DNA of 35,441 bases, taken from assembly GCA_963981525.1 (NCBI GenBank), contig CAXCDZ010000002.1:1-35441 (forward strand), read 5' to 3'. This DNA comes from an uncultured bacterium. GTDB lineage: Bacteria; Patescibacteriota; Microgenomatia; UBA1400; UBA12108. Positions 1 to 9,196 of the stretch are shown here, piece after piece (the first letter of the stretch is position 1; every line of letters starts with the position of its first letter). The notes beneath the pieces are model-generated. The model did not search any database, was not told the origin of the DNA, and worked only from the letters and a program-made list of their open reading frames with translations. The position numbers and the translations under genes were made by a program.

Positions 1-953
1 GTGCGGATACCGCCGTCGTATCCTAGGGGGCGAGCAACGAGTGGCCAGACCTCCTCAGAGATTTTGAGTTGATCTTCCCTGAGTCCTGAGTCCTTGAGAG
101 CGGACGGCAAGAGGAACTGCTTGGCGATGGTGATCTTTTCCTCATCACTATAACTAGGCATCTGAATAAGCTCCAAACGATCGAGGACGGCGGTGGCGAC
201 ATTCGTCGTGTTATTGGCAGTAGCAACGAAAAGGACCTGGGAGAGGTCGAGTGGGTAGTCTAGGTAATGGTCAAGAAAACGATTATTCTGAGTAGGGTCG
301 AGAAGCTCTACTAGCACTCCCATGATGTCAGCTCTCTCATCTACCCCTACCCTGTCAATTTCGTCGAGTAAGATAACTGGATTCATGGAGCCGGCTTCGC
401 GCAGAGCTTTGACGATGTTGCCTGGCTCGGCTTCTAAGAATAGCCTGGATCGACCGCGCAAATCACGAGCAGAACCTAGGCCACCAAAAGGAATGCGGGC
501 AAACTTGCGCCCCAAGACTTCGGCGAGGGCGTAGGCGAAGGTGGTCTTCCCGGTCCCTACAAGTCCTACGAGAAAAATGGCAGGAGCCTTGACTGCATCA
601 ACGTGTCCAGTGTCCCTTCTGAGTTTGAGGGTAGCCAAGTACTCAATAATGCGATCCTTGGGTTCTTGCATGCCGTGATGACTCTTCTCCATTTGGGAGG
701 AGGCGTTGACGATATCTAGCTTGTCGGTGGAGTAAGTATCCCAGGGAATAGTGGTGATATTGTTGATGTAGTGGGCGATGCGATCGTATTCTTGAGAATA
801 GATACCAGTATCGACCATGCGTTTGAGGCGGGTGAGCATGTCTACTGATTTTTCGCGAAGTGCGTCGGGAAGCTTGGCCTCACTAACCTGAGCCTCTAGT
901 TTGACGAGTTCTGTAGCAAGGCCCGCTTGATTACTGGTGGCAGTGGTGGTCAT
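1..953 (-). CDS. lon: Lon-type ATP-dependent protease, N-terminal part with AAA+ module; the C-terminal part lies beyond the left edge
   Basis: Own translation of the minus strand from ATG (cat at 951-953): MTTTATSNQAGLATELVKLEAQVSEAKLPDALREKS... Contains Walker A GLVGTGKTT and Walker B VILLDEIDRV. Also LVELLDPTQNNRFLDHYLDYPLDLSQVLFVATAN and LDRLELIQMPSYSDEEK, the classic LonA signature string. Missing from the ORF track because there is no stop codon in the window. Confidence 0.85.
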   Translation of the reverse strand, partial: MTTTATSNQAGLATELVKLEAQVSEAKLPDALREKSVDMLTRLKRMVDTGIYSQEYDRIAHYINNITTIPWDTYSTDKLDIVNASSQMEKSHHGMQEPKDRIIEYLATLKLRRDTGHVDAVKAPAIFLVGLVGTGKTTFAYALAEVLGRKFARIPFGGLGSARDLRGRSRLFLEAEPGNIVKALREAGSMNPVILLDEIDRVGVDERADIMGVLVELLDPTQNNRFLDHYLDYPLDLSQVLFVATANNTTNVATAVLDRLELIQMPSYSDEEKITIAKQFLLPSALKDSGLREDQLKISEEVWPLVARPLGYDGGIR

Positions 954-960
954 GAGGTCA

Positions 961-2079
961 TTATCGCACAACTCTAATGAGCATACCAACAACGGTGAGA
1001 TCGTAGATTTCTTTTGAGTCTTTTGGTTCCATAGCGATACATCCTCCCGTCATGGTGTCTCCGATGTAGTAGCCATAGCGATAGAATGGCTTGCCAAAAT
1101 CATCCACGGCATATGCGATCTCGTGTAACCCTAGATAAGCACCAACGTCATTGGCATATGTGAATCCCATCCAGTATGGCATCCAGACATTGTATATATC
1201 TGAAAAGGCCTTGGGGGCTTTGTTGAGGATGTGATACTCGCCCACAGGAGTAGGGTAATCATTGCCAGTTGAAATGTGATATTCTTTGTACAAATTACTG
1301 TTGATGAAAAAATACATCTTTTGCTGAGAGAGATCCACCTCTAAGTAGCGATCTGCCAGTTCGCCACGCGAACTAGGACCATCGTCCACACCAAGAATAA
1401 CTGAGTTAGTTGAGTCACCCATAAAACGATAGTTGATAGCTCTTTGAGCGTTTTCGTAGGCTGCTTGAGGGCTGAAAAACTGCTTTTGCTTGGCAGTTAG
1501 ACGCGAGGTGATGTAGCTGATAAGGATTGGTTTATCGATTTCTGGAGGAATACTCGAATCAATTGTGGTGGGATTGATGAGCTGGCGAAGAACAGTGCTC
1601 GCGAGCGTAATATCGGAGAATTCTCTGCCATTCTTGATGCTAACTGTGATTGGTCTACTATGAATGTTGTGGAGTTGGCGGTTGTATGCAGAGAGATTCT
1701 TGTCCTGGATGTTACGAATAACATATGGAGGAACAAATGAAATTGAAGACTCATCACCAAGTACTCTAGTATCTGAGTTGAGATTATCAAGATTGATGAC
1801 ATATTCCTGAGGTGGGTTGATGTATTGAACCGTACCCCTACTTGTGTTGTAAGAAGTCCTGGGAATGGGATTCTTGGCAATTGGTATAACTAGCTCAGAC
1901 TCTAGATCTGCTAACTCAGCTGTGGTGAGAGAGTATTCTTGATCAGGAAGAATGAGGGTGATGGTGGTAGTGGGAGTCGGTGGTTGGTTGATGGTTCGGT
2001 AGTATGCGAAGGCCTTATAGGTGAGAGAGGAAGATACAAGAATCAATAAGGCTAAGCCAATGATGATTCTGGTGCGCAT
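961..2079 (-). CDS. Membrane-anchored protein with a C-terminal L,D-transpeptidase (YkuD)-like domain
   Basis: 372-aa ORF starting at ATG 2077-2079. N-terminal hydrophobic anchor IIIGLALLILVSSSL. The C-terminal ~130 aa (YHISTGNDYPTPVGEYHILNK...GLHEIAY...TGGCIAMEPKD) has the His...Gly-Cys arrangement of YkuD domains. Confidence 0.6.
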   Translation of the reverse strand: MRTRIIIGLALLILVSSSLTYKAFAYYRTINQPPTPTTTITLILPDQEYSLTTAELADLESELVIPIAKNPIPRTSYNTSRGTVQYINPPQEYVINLDNLNSDTRVLGDESSISFVPPYVIRNIQDKNLSAYNRQLHNIHSRPITVSIKNGREFSDITLASTVLRQLINPTTIDSSIPPEIDKPILISYITSRLTAKQKQFFSPQAAYENAQRAINYRFMGDSTNSVILGVDDGPSSRGELADRYLEVDLSQQKMYFFINSNLYKEYHISTGNDYPTPVGEYHILNKAPKAFSDIYNVWMPYWMGFTYANDVGAYLGLHEIAYAVDDFGKPFYRYGYYIGDTMTGGCIAMEPKDSKEIYDLTVVGMLIRVVR

Positions 2080-2132
2080 GACAATAGCTTACAGCATGTG
2101 GCCAGTAGCGTATAGAAGGTTAAACCCCTGTA

Positions 2133-4259
2133 TTAGCGGCGAGGAGGTCGACTGCCGTTATCACGAAGCTCAGTGAGAGAGACCATTGAGAGGTCGATCC
2201 TGCCCTGATCATCAACTCCTTTGACGTAGACTTTGACTTTTTCGCCAACTTTGACGAGTGCCGAGGCGTCCTGGACGAATTCTTTGCTCATCCTGGAGAC
2301 GTGGACTAGTCCCTGTTTGCCGCCCATGATCTCGACGAAACAACCGTAGTTCTCGACTCTAACGACTGTGCCTTCGTGCTCTTCTCCCGCTTCGGGGACG
2401 TGAACGATGCCTTTGATGGTTCGGACTGCTTTGTCGATTGATTCTTGATCAGGTGAGCTGACGTTAACAACGCCTACTCCAGTGTCATCACTGATGTCGA
2501 TCTGAGCGCCCGTGTCGGCCATGATGGCTTTGATGATTTTGCCACCTGGTCCGATGACTCCACCGATCATATCCATGGGAATCTCGAACTGCTCGATCTT
2601 GGGAGCGTATTTGGAGAGAGTAGCACGTGGTGTGTCGATTGCAGCTACCATCACGTCCATGATCTCGAGCCTGGCTACCTTGGCTTGGGCGAGTGCTCGC
2701 TCAAGAACGTCGAAGGTGATACCTGCTACCTTGATGTCCATCTGAAGCGCGGTGATACCATCTCTGGTTCCTGCGACCTTGAAGTCCATGTCACCGATGT
2801 GATCTTCGATCCCTTTGATGTCGGTAAGCACAACGTGCTTATCACCATCAGTCATGAGACCCATCGCAATACCTGCAACTGGCTTCTTGAGAGGAACTCC
2901 TGCGGACATAAGTGAGAGAGTAGAACCACAGACTGAGGCCTGCGAGGTACTACCATTACTACTCATGACCTCGGAAACGACCTGGATCGTGTAAGGGAAG
3001 TCAGCTTGAGAAGGCAACATTGGGAAGAGCGCACGCTCAGCGAGTGCTCCGTGTCCAATCTCACGACGACCGGGGAATCCGTAACGTCCTGGGTCACCGT
3101 ATGAGTAAGGAGGTGCATTGTAGTGATGGATGTAGTGCTTGTTTTCTTCGCTTTCCATACTCTCGATGATCTGGCCGAGTGCGGGAGATCCGAGTGTAGT
3201 GACTGAGAGAACCTGAGTCTCACCCCTCTGGAACATGGCAGAGCCATGAGTGCGAGGGAGAAGATCTACTTCGGCTGTGAGCTCACGAATCTTAGTGAGT
3301 TCGCGTCCGTCTAATCTAACCTCATCTGTGATAGTCATTTTGCGAGCAAGCTTGGTAAAGACGTCGTTAACAACCTTTTCGATCTCACTGTTAGTGAGTG
3401 CGCCTTCTACTGGTTCTGCATCATCTGCGGGGAACTGAGCTACTGCGATCTCGTGGATATCTTTTTTGTCGAAACCATCTTGGCCGAGAGCCTTTTTGAG
3501 AAGAGGTTCGACTGCTTTCTCGACTTCTGCAACTTTTGCTGCGTCGAGCTCAGCTGGCAATGGAAACTCAGCTTTTTTTGAACCAACTTCTTTGACGAGA
3601 TCATTGATCACGCCAACTAACTTCTTGACTTCAGCTTGAGCTTGTTTCATGCCTTCGAGGGTCTCTTCTTCTGTTGCCTCATTGGCACCGGCCTCGACCA
3701 TGACGACTCCATTGTCGCTGGCAGAGACGATAAGATCGAGCTTGCTACTCTCACGCTCCTCGTATGTGGGGTTGACCATGTATTTGCCATCAACTAAGCC
3801 CATGCGCACTGCTGCGATTGGACCTGCCCAAGGGATGTCAGAGATGCTTAGTGCGGCTGAGACTCCAACGAGAGCTGGCATGTCTGCGTCGTTTGCACCA
3901 TCTGCTGAGAGAACGGTAGCAACTACCTGGATGTCTCTTTTGACGTGAGTTGGGAATAGAGGTCTGATGGAGCGATCGATGATCCTGCCTTTGAGGATGG
4001 CCTCATCTCGAGGACGACCATCGCGTTTGACCCAGCGGCTACCTTTGATCTTGCCGCCAGCATATAGCTTTTCGGCGAACTCGACGGAGAGCGGGAAGTA
4101 AGGGAGGTGGGTGTCACGATCTGCCATACAGGCGGTGACGTGAACAACAGTCTCGCCATAAGTGACGAGGACAGCTGCGTTAGTAAGAGAGGCGAACTTA
4201 CCTGTTTCGAGGGTAAGATCTTTACCACCTAATTGGGTGGTGACTTTTGTTGATTTCAT
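2133..4259 (-). CDS. pnp: Polyribonucleotide nucleotidyltransferase (PNPase)
   Basis: 708 aa. Two RNase PH-like halves (RIDGR-type LDGRELTKIR, GSAMFQRGETQ) followed by KH (GGVIGPGGKIIKAI) and S1 (GTVVRVENYGCFVEI) domains. Sits in the conserved rpsO-pnp arrangement. Confidence 0.97.
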   Translation of the reverse strand: MKSTKVTTQLGGKDLTLETGKFASLTNAAVLVTYGETVVHVTACMADRDTHLPYFPLSVEFAEKLYAGGKIKGSRWVKRDGRPRDEAILKGRIIDRSIRPLFPTHVKRDIQVVATVLSADGANDADMPALVGVSAALSISDIPWAGPIAAVRMGLVDGKYMVNPTYEERESSKLDLIVSASDNGVVMVEAGANEATEEETLEGMKQAQAEVKKLVGVINDLVKEVGSKKAEFPLPAELDAAKVAEVEKAVEPLLKKALGQDGFDKKDIHEIAVAQFPADDAEPVEGALTNSEIEKVVNDVFTKLARKMTITDEVRLDGRELTKIRELTAEVDLLPRTHGSAMFQRGETQVLSVTTLGSPALGQIIESMESEENKHYIHHYNAPPYSYGDPGRYGFPGRREIGHGALAERALFPMLPSQADFPYTIQVVSEVMSSNGSTSQASVCGSTLSLMSAGVPLKKPVAGIAMGLMTDGDKHVVLTDIKGIEDHIGDMDFKVAGTRDGITALQMDIKVAGITFDVLERALAQAKVARLEIMDVMVAAIDTPRATLSKYAPKIEQFEIPMDMIGGVIGPGGKIIKAIMADTGAQIDISDDTGVGVVNVSSPDQESIDKAVRTIKGIVHVPEAGEEHEGTVVRVENYGCFVEIMGGKQGLVHVSRMSKEFVQDASALVKVGEKVKVYVKGVDDQGRIDLSMVSLTELRDNGSRPPRR

Positions 4260-4274
4260 GGAATGTAACTGGGC

Positions 4275-4544
4275 TTATTTTGCGAGGTCGAGAGTCTTGA
4301 TGAGGGTGCGATAGCGATCCTCGGCTTTACCTCTTAAGTAGTTGAGGAGCCGACGACGCTTACTAACCATCTTCAAAAGTCCCCTACGGGAGTGATTGTC
4401 CTTCTTGTGAGACTTCAAGTGGAGTGTTAACTCTTTGATTCTCTCAGTGAGGAGGGCAATCTGAACTTCGGGTGAGCCAGTATCTCCTTTCGTGGTTGCA
4501 AACTTTGTAATTAATTTTGACTTGTTTTTTTGTTGTAATGCCAT
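4275..4544 (-). CDS. rpsO: 30S ribosomal protein S15
   Basis: 89 aa with [51 protein letters not shown], the typical S15 sequence. Located directly upstream of pnp. Confidence 0.97.
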   Translation of the reverse strand: MALQQKNKSKLITKFATTKGDTGSPEVQIALLTERIKELTLHLKSHKKDNHSRRGLLKMVSKRRRLLNYLRGKAEDRYRTLIKTLDLAK

Positions 4545-4555
4545 AGATGGTGGGG

Positions 4556-4584
4556 ATTATACAAGGGAGAGAGGGATTGTGCAA
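4556..4584 (-). promoter_or_regulatory. Putative sigma70-type promoter for rpsO-pnp (TTGCAC-N17-TATAAT)
   Basis: On the minus strand, TTGCAC is at 4584-4579, a 17-nt spacer follows, and TATAAT is at 4561-4556. The rpsO ATG lies 11 nt downstream and no SD is visible. Confidence 0.5.
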
Positions 4585-4590
4585 TTGGAG

Positions 4591-5475
4591 TTATTTGGAA
4601 GGAGTGCTGCCCTTGAAGATTTTGGGTTTGAGCCAGTCAGGCTGCCCCACTTCGCTCTTAGGAGCTTCGCTGGGGGTCTTTGCTTCGCTTCGAGGTGCGG
4701 GAATGGGCTCGACGATGGGCATGTTGTTGACAACTTTGGCGACAGGTTGGACCGGAGCAGGAGCTGAGCGTCTGGCACCGGTGCGATAGAGAACGGCGAG
4801 AGCCTCGAAGGTGTCTGCGGTCATCTTGGGACTCGCGAGTCCATTTGTGGCTTCTTCGATACCCTGCATGAGGTTGCTGGCGATATCCTGATCAAGTGGG
4901 AGCTTGAGCTCCTGGAGAACGGCGGTGATTAACTCACTATTACTGCTACCTGCGTCAGTGAGGTTGATGGCGCCAAATGTGCCGGCAATGTTACTGAGGT
5001 TAACCAGCTTATCTTTGACAAACAATTCGTGCTCTTTTTCTGCAATAGGGCCGAGTTTGGCTAGATTTTCGGCGCCAATGACGATAATTAGATCAGCAGA
5101 GGCTCCTGATGTGCCAAAAATGATGTCGTTTTTGGTGATGGGAGCGGCATTTGCCTGGGGAGCAAGAACTAGATTGAGATGACCGCCCTCGACGTTGCTC
5201 GTGACTTTGTCAACTGCGTTCTCGGGTAAGTTAACGGTGATGACCAGGTTGTTACCACCAACACTAGAGGTGATTTTGTCTAGACCGACTAGATGAGAGT
5301 CTCTGACTACAGGCTGGGAGCTAGATATGATAGAGGCTTGCTTGCCAGCTTTGACCAGTGAAAGATAGAGTGCGAGACCGGAAGCTACGACGTCTTTTGT
5401 AGCCTCAAGAGGAAGGGCAACGAGAATAGTTTTGGCTTCGGTTATTTTTTGTGCTAAATTCTTGATGTCACTCAT
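4591..5475 (-). CDS. Hypothetical protein: degenerate DHH-family (NrnA-like) fold with catalytic motifs lost, plus a Pro/Ala-rich tail
   Basis: 294 aa. The layout resembles an NrnA N-domain: KTILVALPLEATKDVVASGLALYLSLVKAGK in place of H-x-PDGDxxGS, DLIIVIGAE in place of motif II, VNLSNIAG in place of DHH, and ASNLMQGIEEATNGL in place of GIxTDTGxF. No DHHA1 GGGH motif. The position between infB and rpsO matches where accessory translation/RNA genes sit in Firmicutes-like operons. Confidence 0.45.
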   Translation of the reverse strand: MSDIKNLAQKITEAKTILVALPLEATKDVVASGLALYLSLVKAGKQASIISSSQPVVRDSHLVGLDKITSSVGGNNLVITVNLPENAVDKVTSNVEGGHLNLVLAPQANAAPITKNDIIFGTSGASADLIIVIGAENLAKLGPIAEKEHELFVKDKLVNLSNIAGTFGAINLTDAGSSNSELITAVLQELKLPLDQDIASNLMQGIEEATNGLASPKMTADTFEALAVLYRTGARRSAPAPVQPVAKVVNNMPIVEPIPAPRSEAKTPSEAPKSEVGQPDWLKPKIFKGSTPSK

Positions 5476-5510
5476 AGTTATTAAGCCTTATATAGTAACG
5501 AATCAGTGTA

Positions 5511-7001
5511 TTAATCGACTGATTCTGATTTCTTATAGGCTATAATAACAGCTTTCTCTGTGATGTCAAGCTTGGGAGAGAGGATGATTCCGCATTCGTT
5601 CCCTGCCTTGATCTCGTGGATCTTTTCTTTGCCGGTTCTAATTGACTTGATCCGAGCGTTTTTGAGCTCTTTACTCCCCTTTTTCTTGAGGTGGACTGTG
5701 TCTCCAACCGTGAGCTTGCCTGACTCAACTGTGCAGCCTGCGACTATAGACTCATTGATTTGGAAAATTTTGAGCACTTTTGCCTGTCCTAGCTCTTCTT
5801 CGTCGATCGTGGGCTCGAGGATGCGCAGCACTCTTTTCTCAAGATACTCGAGAAGTTCATAGATGACCTGATAGGTCTTGACGATTACTCCGTCAGTTTC
5901 TGCGATGTTTTTTGTATGACTGCTGACTTTGATAGCAAAACCGAGAATGATGGCGCCAGTAGAAGTCGCAAGATGAATATCTGCATCGGTAATGCTGCCA
6001 GTACCAGAGGAGATAAGATTGATCTCAGGAGTAAGGCTGGATTTGATTGCTTCGAGAGAGCCTAGGGAGTCTGATTTGAGGATCAGATTAAGGCGATCAG
6101 TGGGTTCAGCGGGTGAATCCAACAGGGACTCTCCTCCCGCCTCTGGCGTCCCAACTTGGCTTTCTGCCAGGTCTCCTGTCGAGGAGAGTCCCTGGGCGTC
6201 GGATACAATGTGTGGGCCGGTGGTGACGACCTCACCAACATGAGGGAGAGAGTTAAAACCAAGAATCTGAGCTGGTTGACCTGGGGTGACCTGTTTGAGC
6301 GAGAGTCCAGAGGGGGAAATAAGAGCGCGGACTTTGCCACTAGCTGAAGAAGTGCTAATCTCGTCGCCGACCTTGAGAGTCCCTTCCTTGACTACGACCG
6401 ATACTTTGACTCCCCTTTTCATGTCTTTTTGGGCTTCGATGATAGGGGCAGTGAGGACGGCGTCTCTCAGATCTTTTAGCTCCTCTAGTTCGGCAATCAG
6501 GATAATCTGCTCAAGAAGTGAGTCAACTCCCTTGCCTTCTTTGGCTGAGATCTCGACAACTGGAGTGTTGCCGCCGTATCCTTCGACAAAAACCTGGAGT
6601 TCGGTGAGTTCGGCTTTGGCCTTATCTGCGGTGACGTGAGGACGATCCATCTTGTTGATGGCAACGAGGAAGGGGATTTTGGCATCAGTAAGATGTTTGA
6701 CGGATTCTTTGGTCTGGGGTTTGACTCCGTCGTCGGCGGCGACGATCAGGATAGCTAGATCAGCGACGGCAGCACCGCGGGAGCGCATCTCACTAAAAGC
6801 TGCGTGACCAGGAGTATCGATAAATGTGATTGCCTTACCCTGATATTCTGCCTGATATGCACCGATGCCCTGGGTAATACCACCGACTTCGCCGGCTTGG
6901 ACGTGCGCATCGCGAATGTAGTCTAGGAGAGTAGTTTTGCCGTGATCAACGTGACCAAGAATAGCTACGACGGGAGGTCTGCCGATATTACTTTTTGCCA
7001 C
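5511..7001 (-). CDS. infB: Translation initiation factor IF-2, minimal form that starts almost at the G domain
   Basis: G domain motifs AILGHVDHGKTT, DTPGH and NKMD, followed by the IF2 domain II/C1/C2 pattern. The longest ORF starts at ATG 7127 but would overlap nusA by 140 nt. The GTG at 6999-7001, preceded by GAGGAAAAAGAGC, overlaps nusA by only 14 nt and is chosen here. The choice of start is uncertain. Confidence 0.85.
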   Translation of the reverse strand: MAKSNIGRPPVVAILGHVDHGKTTLLDYIRDAHVQAGEVGGITQGIGAYQAEYQGKAITFIDTPGHAAFSEMRSRGAAVADLAILIVAADDGVKPQTKESVKHLTDAKIPFLVAINKMDRPHVTADKAKAELTELQVFVEGYGGNTPVVEISAKEGKGVDSLLEQIILIAELEELKDLRDAVLTAPIIEAQKDMKRGVKVSVVVKEGTLKVGDEISTSSASGKVRALISPSGLSLKQVTPGQPAQILGFNSLPHVGEVVTTGPHIVSDAQGLSSTGDLAESQVGTPEAGGESLLDSPAEPTDRLNLILKSDSLGSLEAIKSSLTPEINLISSGTGSITDADIHLATSTGAIILGFAIKVSSHTKNIAETDGVIVKTYQVIYELLEYLEKRVLRILEPTIDEEELGQAKVLKIFQINESIVAGCTVESGKLTVGDTVHLKKKGSKELKNARIKSIRTGKEKIHEIKAGNECGIILSPKLDITEKAVIIAYKKSESVD

Positions 7002-8238
7002 GCTCTTTTTCCTCGGCGGCTTTTTCGTCTTGGTATCTCTTGAGACGATCTGCTTCTTCTTTTGCCTGATCAGCTCTCTTGTAGAAGCGAGCGATTGCCT
7101 TGACGATCTCGACTGGACCACGATCATCTACTTCTCTGATCTCGTCTTCCATCTTCTCGTGTTTGGCTTCGAGAGCTTTGACTGTGGTAATACCCTTTTC
7201 AAGGAGGTGATTACGGATCTTAGAGGACAAACCAAGTGAGTCGAGCTCAAACTCTTCTTGACCAGTAGTGGAGACGGCAACTTTGGTCTCACCATCACCC
7301 TTGAGGTCGATTTTGTAACCTGTGAGCTTGGCAGCTAACCTGGCATTCTGGCCGCCTTTACCGATCGCGAGGGAGAGCTGGTCTTCGGGGACGACGATGG
7401 TTGCTTGCTTATTGTCCTCGTCGATTGTGACAGAGAGGTTTTCGGCAGGGGCGAGCGCGGAGGCGATGTACTCGTCGATCTTGTCAGAATACTCGACAAT
7501 ATCGATCTTCTCACCGTTGAGCTCATTGATGACGGCCTGGACTCTGACTCCTTTTTGGCCGACGCATGATCCGACTGGATCTACTCCATCTTGAGTGCTT
7601 TTGACGGCGAGTTTGGTGCGGTGACCTGCTTCTCTGGCAATGGCAACGATCTCGACTGCGCCTGAGCCTACTTCGGGGACTTCGCGGGCGAAGAGTTCTT
7701 TGACTAGCTCTGGAACTGCACGGGAGACGATTATCGCCTTGCCCTTATAAGTTTCTCTAATCTCGAGAATGTAGACTGCAATCCTCTGGTTGAGGCGGTA
7801 ATATTCGTTAGCGATAGCTTGGTCGGTTGGCATAAGAGCCTGACCGCGACCGATGTCAACGACGACGTGGGGACCTTCGAACCTGAGAACCATACCGGTA
7901 ATCATGGAGTCGATCTTACCTTCGTACTCACTGATGATGGCGTCTTTCTCGGCTTCCCTGACTCTCTGGAGAATGACTTGTTTGGCAACTTGAGCGGCAA
8001 TCCGACCGAATCCAGCAGGGGTGGCGTCTTTGCCATCCTTCTTGACTGAGATGGCACCTGTTTCACCATCAACTGCGACCTCATATGCATCGATGTCTTC
8101 TTCGGCAATATCGAAGTCACGGCGAAGGGCTGCCTGGATGGCCTGTCTGATACTGTCGATGATAACTTCTGGCTCTATGCCTCGCTCGGAACTAATTGCA
8201 GTGAGTGCGAGTGCGAAGTCTGATCTAATTTGTGCCAT
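6988..8238 (-). CDS. nusA: Transcription termination/antitermination factor NusA
   Basis: N-terminal domain (ISSERGIEPEVIIDSIRQAI), S1, two KH domains (GSCVGQKGVRVQAV, LAIGKGGQNARLAAKLTG) and a C-terminal HhH-like segment. Start set at ATG 8236-8238 (MAQIRSDF), which has AAGGAG 6 nt upstream. The track ORF extends 11 codons further. Confidence 0.93.
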   Translation of the reverse strand: MAQIRSDFALALTAISSERGIEPEVIIDSIRQAIQAALRRDFDIAEEDIDAYEVAVDGETGAISVKKDGKDATPAGFGRIAAQVAKQVILQRVREAEKDAIISEYEGKIDSMITGMVLRFEGPHVVVDIGRGQALMPTDQAIANEYYRLNQRIAVYILEIRETYKGKAIIVSRAVPELVKELFAREVPEVGSGAVEIVAIAREAGHRTKLAVKSTQDGVDPVGSCVGQKGVRVQAVINELNGEKIDIVEYSDKIDEYIASALAPAENLSVTIDEDNKQATIVVPEDQLSLAIGKGGQNARLAAKLTGYKIDLKGDGETKVAVSTTGQEEFELDSLGLSSKIRNHLLEKGITTVKALEAKHEKMEDEIREVDDRGPVEIVKAIARFYKRADQAKEEADRLKRYQDEKAAEEKERGKK

Positions 8239-8320
8239 AACTACTCCTTTGGAGTAAATCCAAAATAACAAATAACAAATTTCAAATTGCTTAGTGAGGG
8301 TTTAGCTCACAACATCTGGG

Positions 8321-8329
8321 ATTATAGCA
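8321..8329 (-). promoter_or_regulatory. Possible extended -10 element (TGCTATAAT) for nusA-infB
   Basis: The minus strand reads TGCTATAAT about 85 nt upstream of the nusA ATG. A GC hairpin (GCCCTT-N8-AAGGGC, 8339-8358) lies just upstream, after the stop of the preceding gene. Confidence 0.35.
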
Positions 8330-8379
8330 CCCTCCTTCGCCCTTGGCTACGGAAGGGCACGGCAAGGTATAAATATCTC

Positions 8380-9150
8380 TTAAAAGGAGAAAGTCTCAAG
8401 GAAGCGTACGAGAGGAGAGTCTTCGGTGCTGGTGGTACTCACAATCTCACCGGTCTCGGCAGAGACGACTGATTCTTGATTGTAAAGGCGTTTGAAAAGG
8501 CCAAGGAATTTCTTTTCCTGCTTAACTGCAAAACGATATGATGGGACGTCACCGATGTCTTCGAGCTCTAGCTCCTGATTTTCAGAGGAGAGTGAGAGTC
8601 CACTGGCACGGAGATTCTCAGCAGCTACGTCTGGGAGGACTGAGACGATCTTTTCTGTTCCATCAGGTCTGGTGATGATGATTTCGTTATCGTCACCGAT
8701 GCTGACGGGGAACTCGGTTTTGGTGCGAAACTTACTCTGCATGATTTCGAACTTACCTTCTTCGTCTGAACCTAGTTCGAGATACTTGCCGTCACGTCGC
8801 TCAACTTTGAGTTTCTCTCCTGGCTCGAGCTCTAGTTCTTTGCGGCGAATAACTTGACCTTCTTTATTCATGACAGCTTGTTTAACTTGCATAACAGAAC
8901 CTTCTTTGATCTCGAGTTGTGATTTGACCCTTTGCTGATAAGTCTCTTGAGACTGGACTCTTGCTTCGGTTGCCTGCTCGAACCTGACTTGTACTTGTTG
9001 CGCGTCTGGTGTGCCTAGAACTGAGCTATCTACCTCAACAAGAGTGCCAGAACGATCAATGAGCCAGTCGGCACGAGCCTGATCTACAGAAGAAAAAATA
9101 GTAATCAAGAGAAGTGAGCCGACAACGATAAAAGTGTTTCTAATGGTCAT
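8380..9150 (-). CDS. Secreted or membrane-anchored hypothetical protein
   Basis: Start set at ATG 9148-9150 (MTIRNTFIVVGSLLLITIFSSVDQARA, signal-peptide-like), with GGAGG 6 nt upstream. The longer track ORF (to 9336) would overlap dnaJ by 140 nt. No recognisable catalytic motif. Sequence is charged and rich in Glu/Lys. Confidence 0.6.
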   Translation of the reverse strand: MTIRNTFIVVGSLLLITIFSSVDQARADWLIDRSGTLVEVDSSVLGTPDAQQVQVRFEQATEARVQSQETYQQRVKSQLEIKEGSVMQVKQAVMNKEGQVIRRKELELEPGEKLKVERRDGKYLELGSDEEGKFEIMQSKFRTKTEFPVSIGDDNEIIITRPDGTEKIVSVLPDVAAENLRASGLSLSSENQELELEDIGDVPSYRFAVKQEKKFLGLFKRLYNQESVVSAETGEIVSTTSTEDSPLVRFLETFSF

Positions 9151-9196
9151 GAGTGCCTCCGATAACTTAGTACTACCTATAGGTATAGCACAATTA

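Noticed and set aside
7010-7050. The nusA/infB overlap contains CAAGACGAAAAAGCCGCC on the minus strand, which resembles the CAAGACGCGAAAAGCAGCC core of repeat copy E. This hinted at an old repeat insertion that might explain the gene overlap.
   Set aside because: Only about 16 of 18 nt match, there are no terminal inverted repeats, and the Lys/Glu-rich coding composition can produce such strings by chance.
1497-8257. Many 60-130 aa ORFs in the track are nested in or antisense to pnp, infB, nusA and the ykuD-like gene (for example 1497..1880, 2512..2745, 2963..3247, 3649..3948, 5992..6243, 7819..8049).
   Set aside because: They lie wholly inside long ORFs with clear homology-type motifs. They have low-complexity Ser/Arg/Pro-rich translations and no SD or promoter, so they are frame shadows.
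8240-8320. The nusA leader contains the hairpin GTGAG-CTAAACC-CTCAC followed by T-rich TTTGTTATTTGTTATTTTG, a possible NusA autoregulatory attenuator.
   Set aside because: The stem is only 5 bp and the T-tract is interrupted and about 15 nt away. The evidence is too weak to call without transcript-end data.
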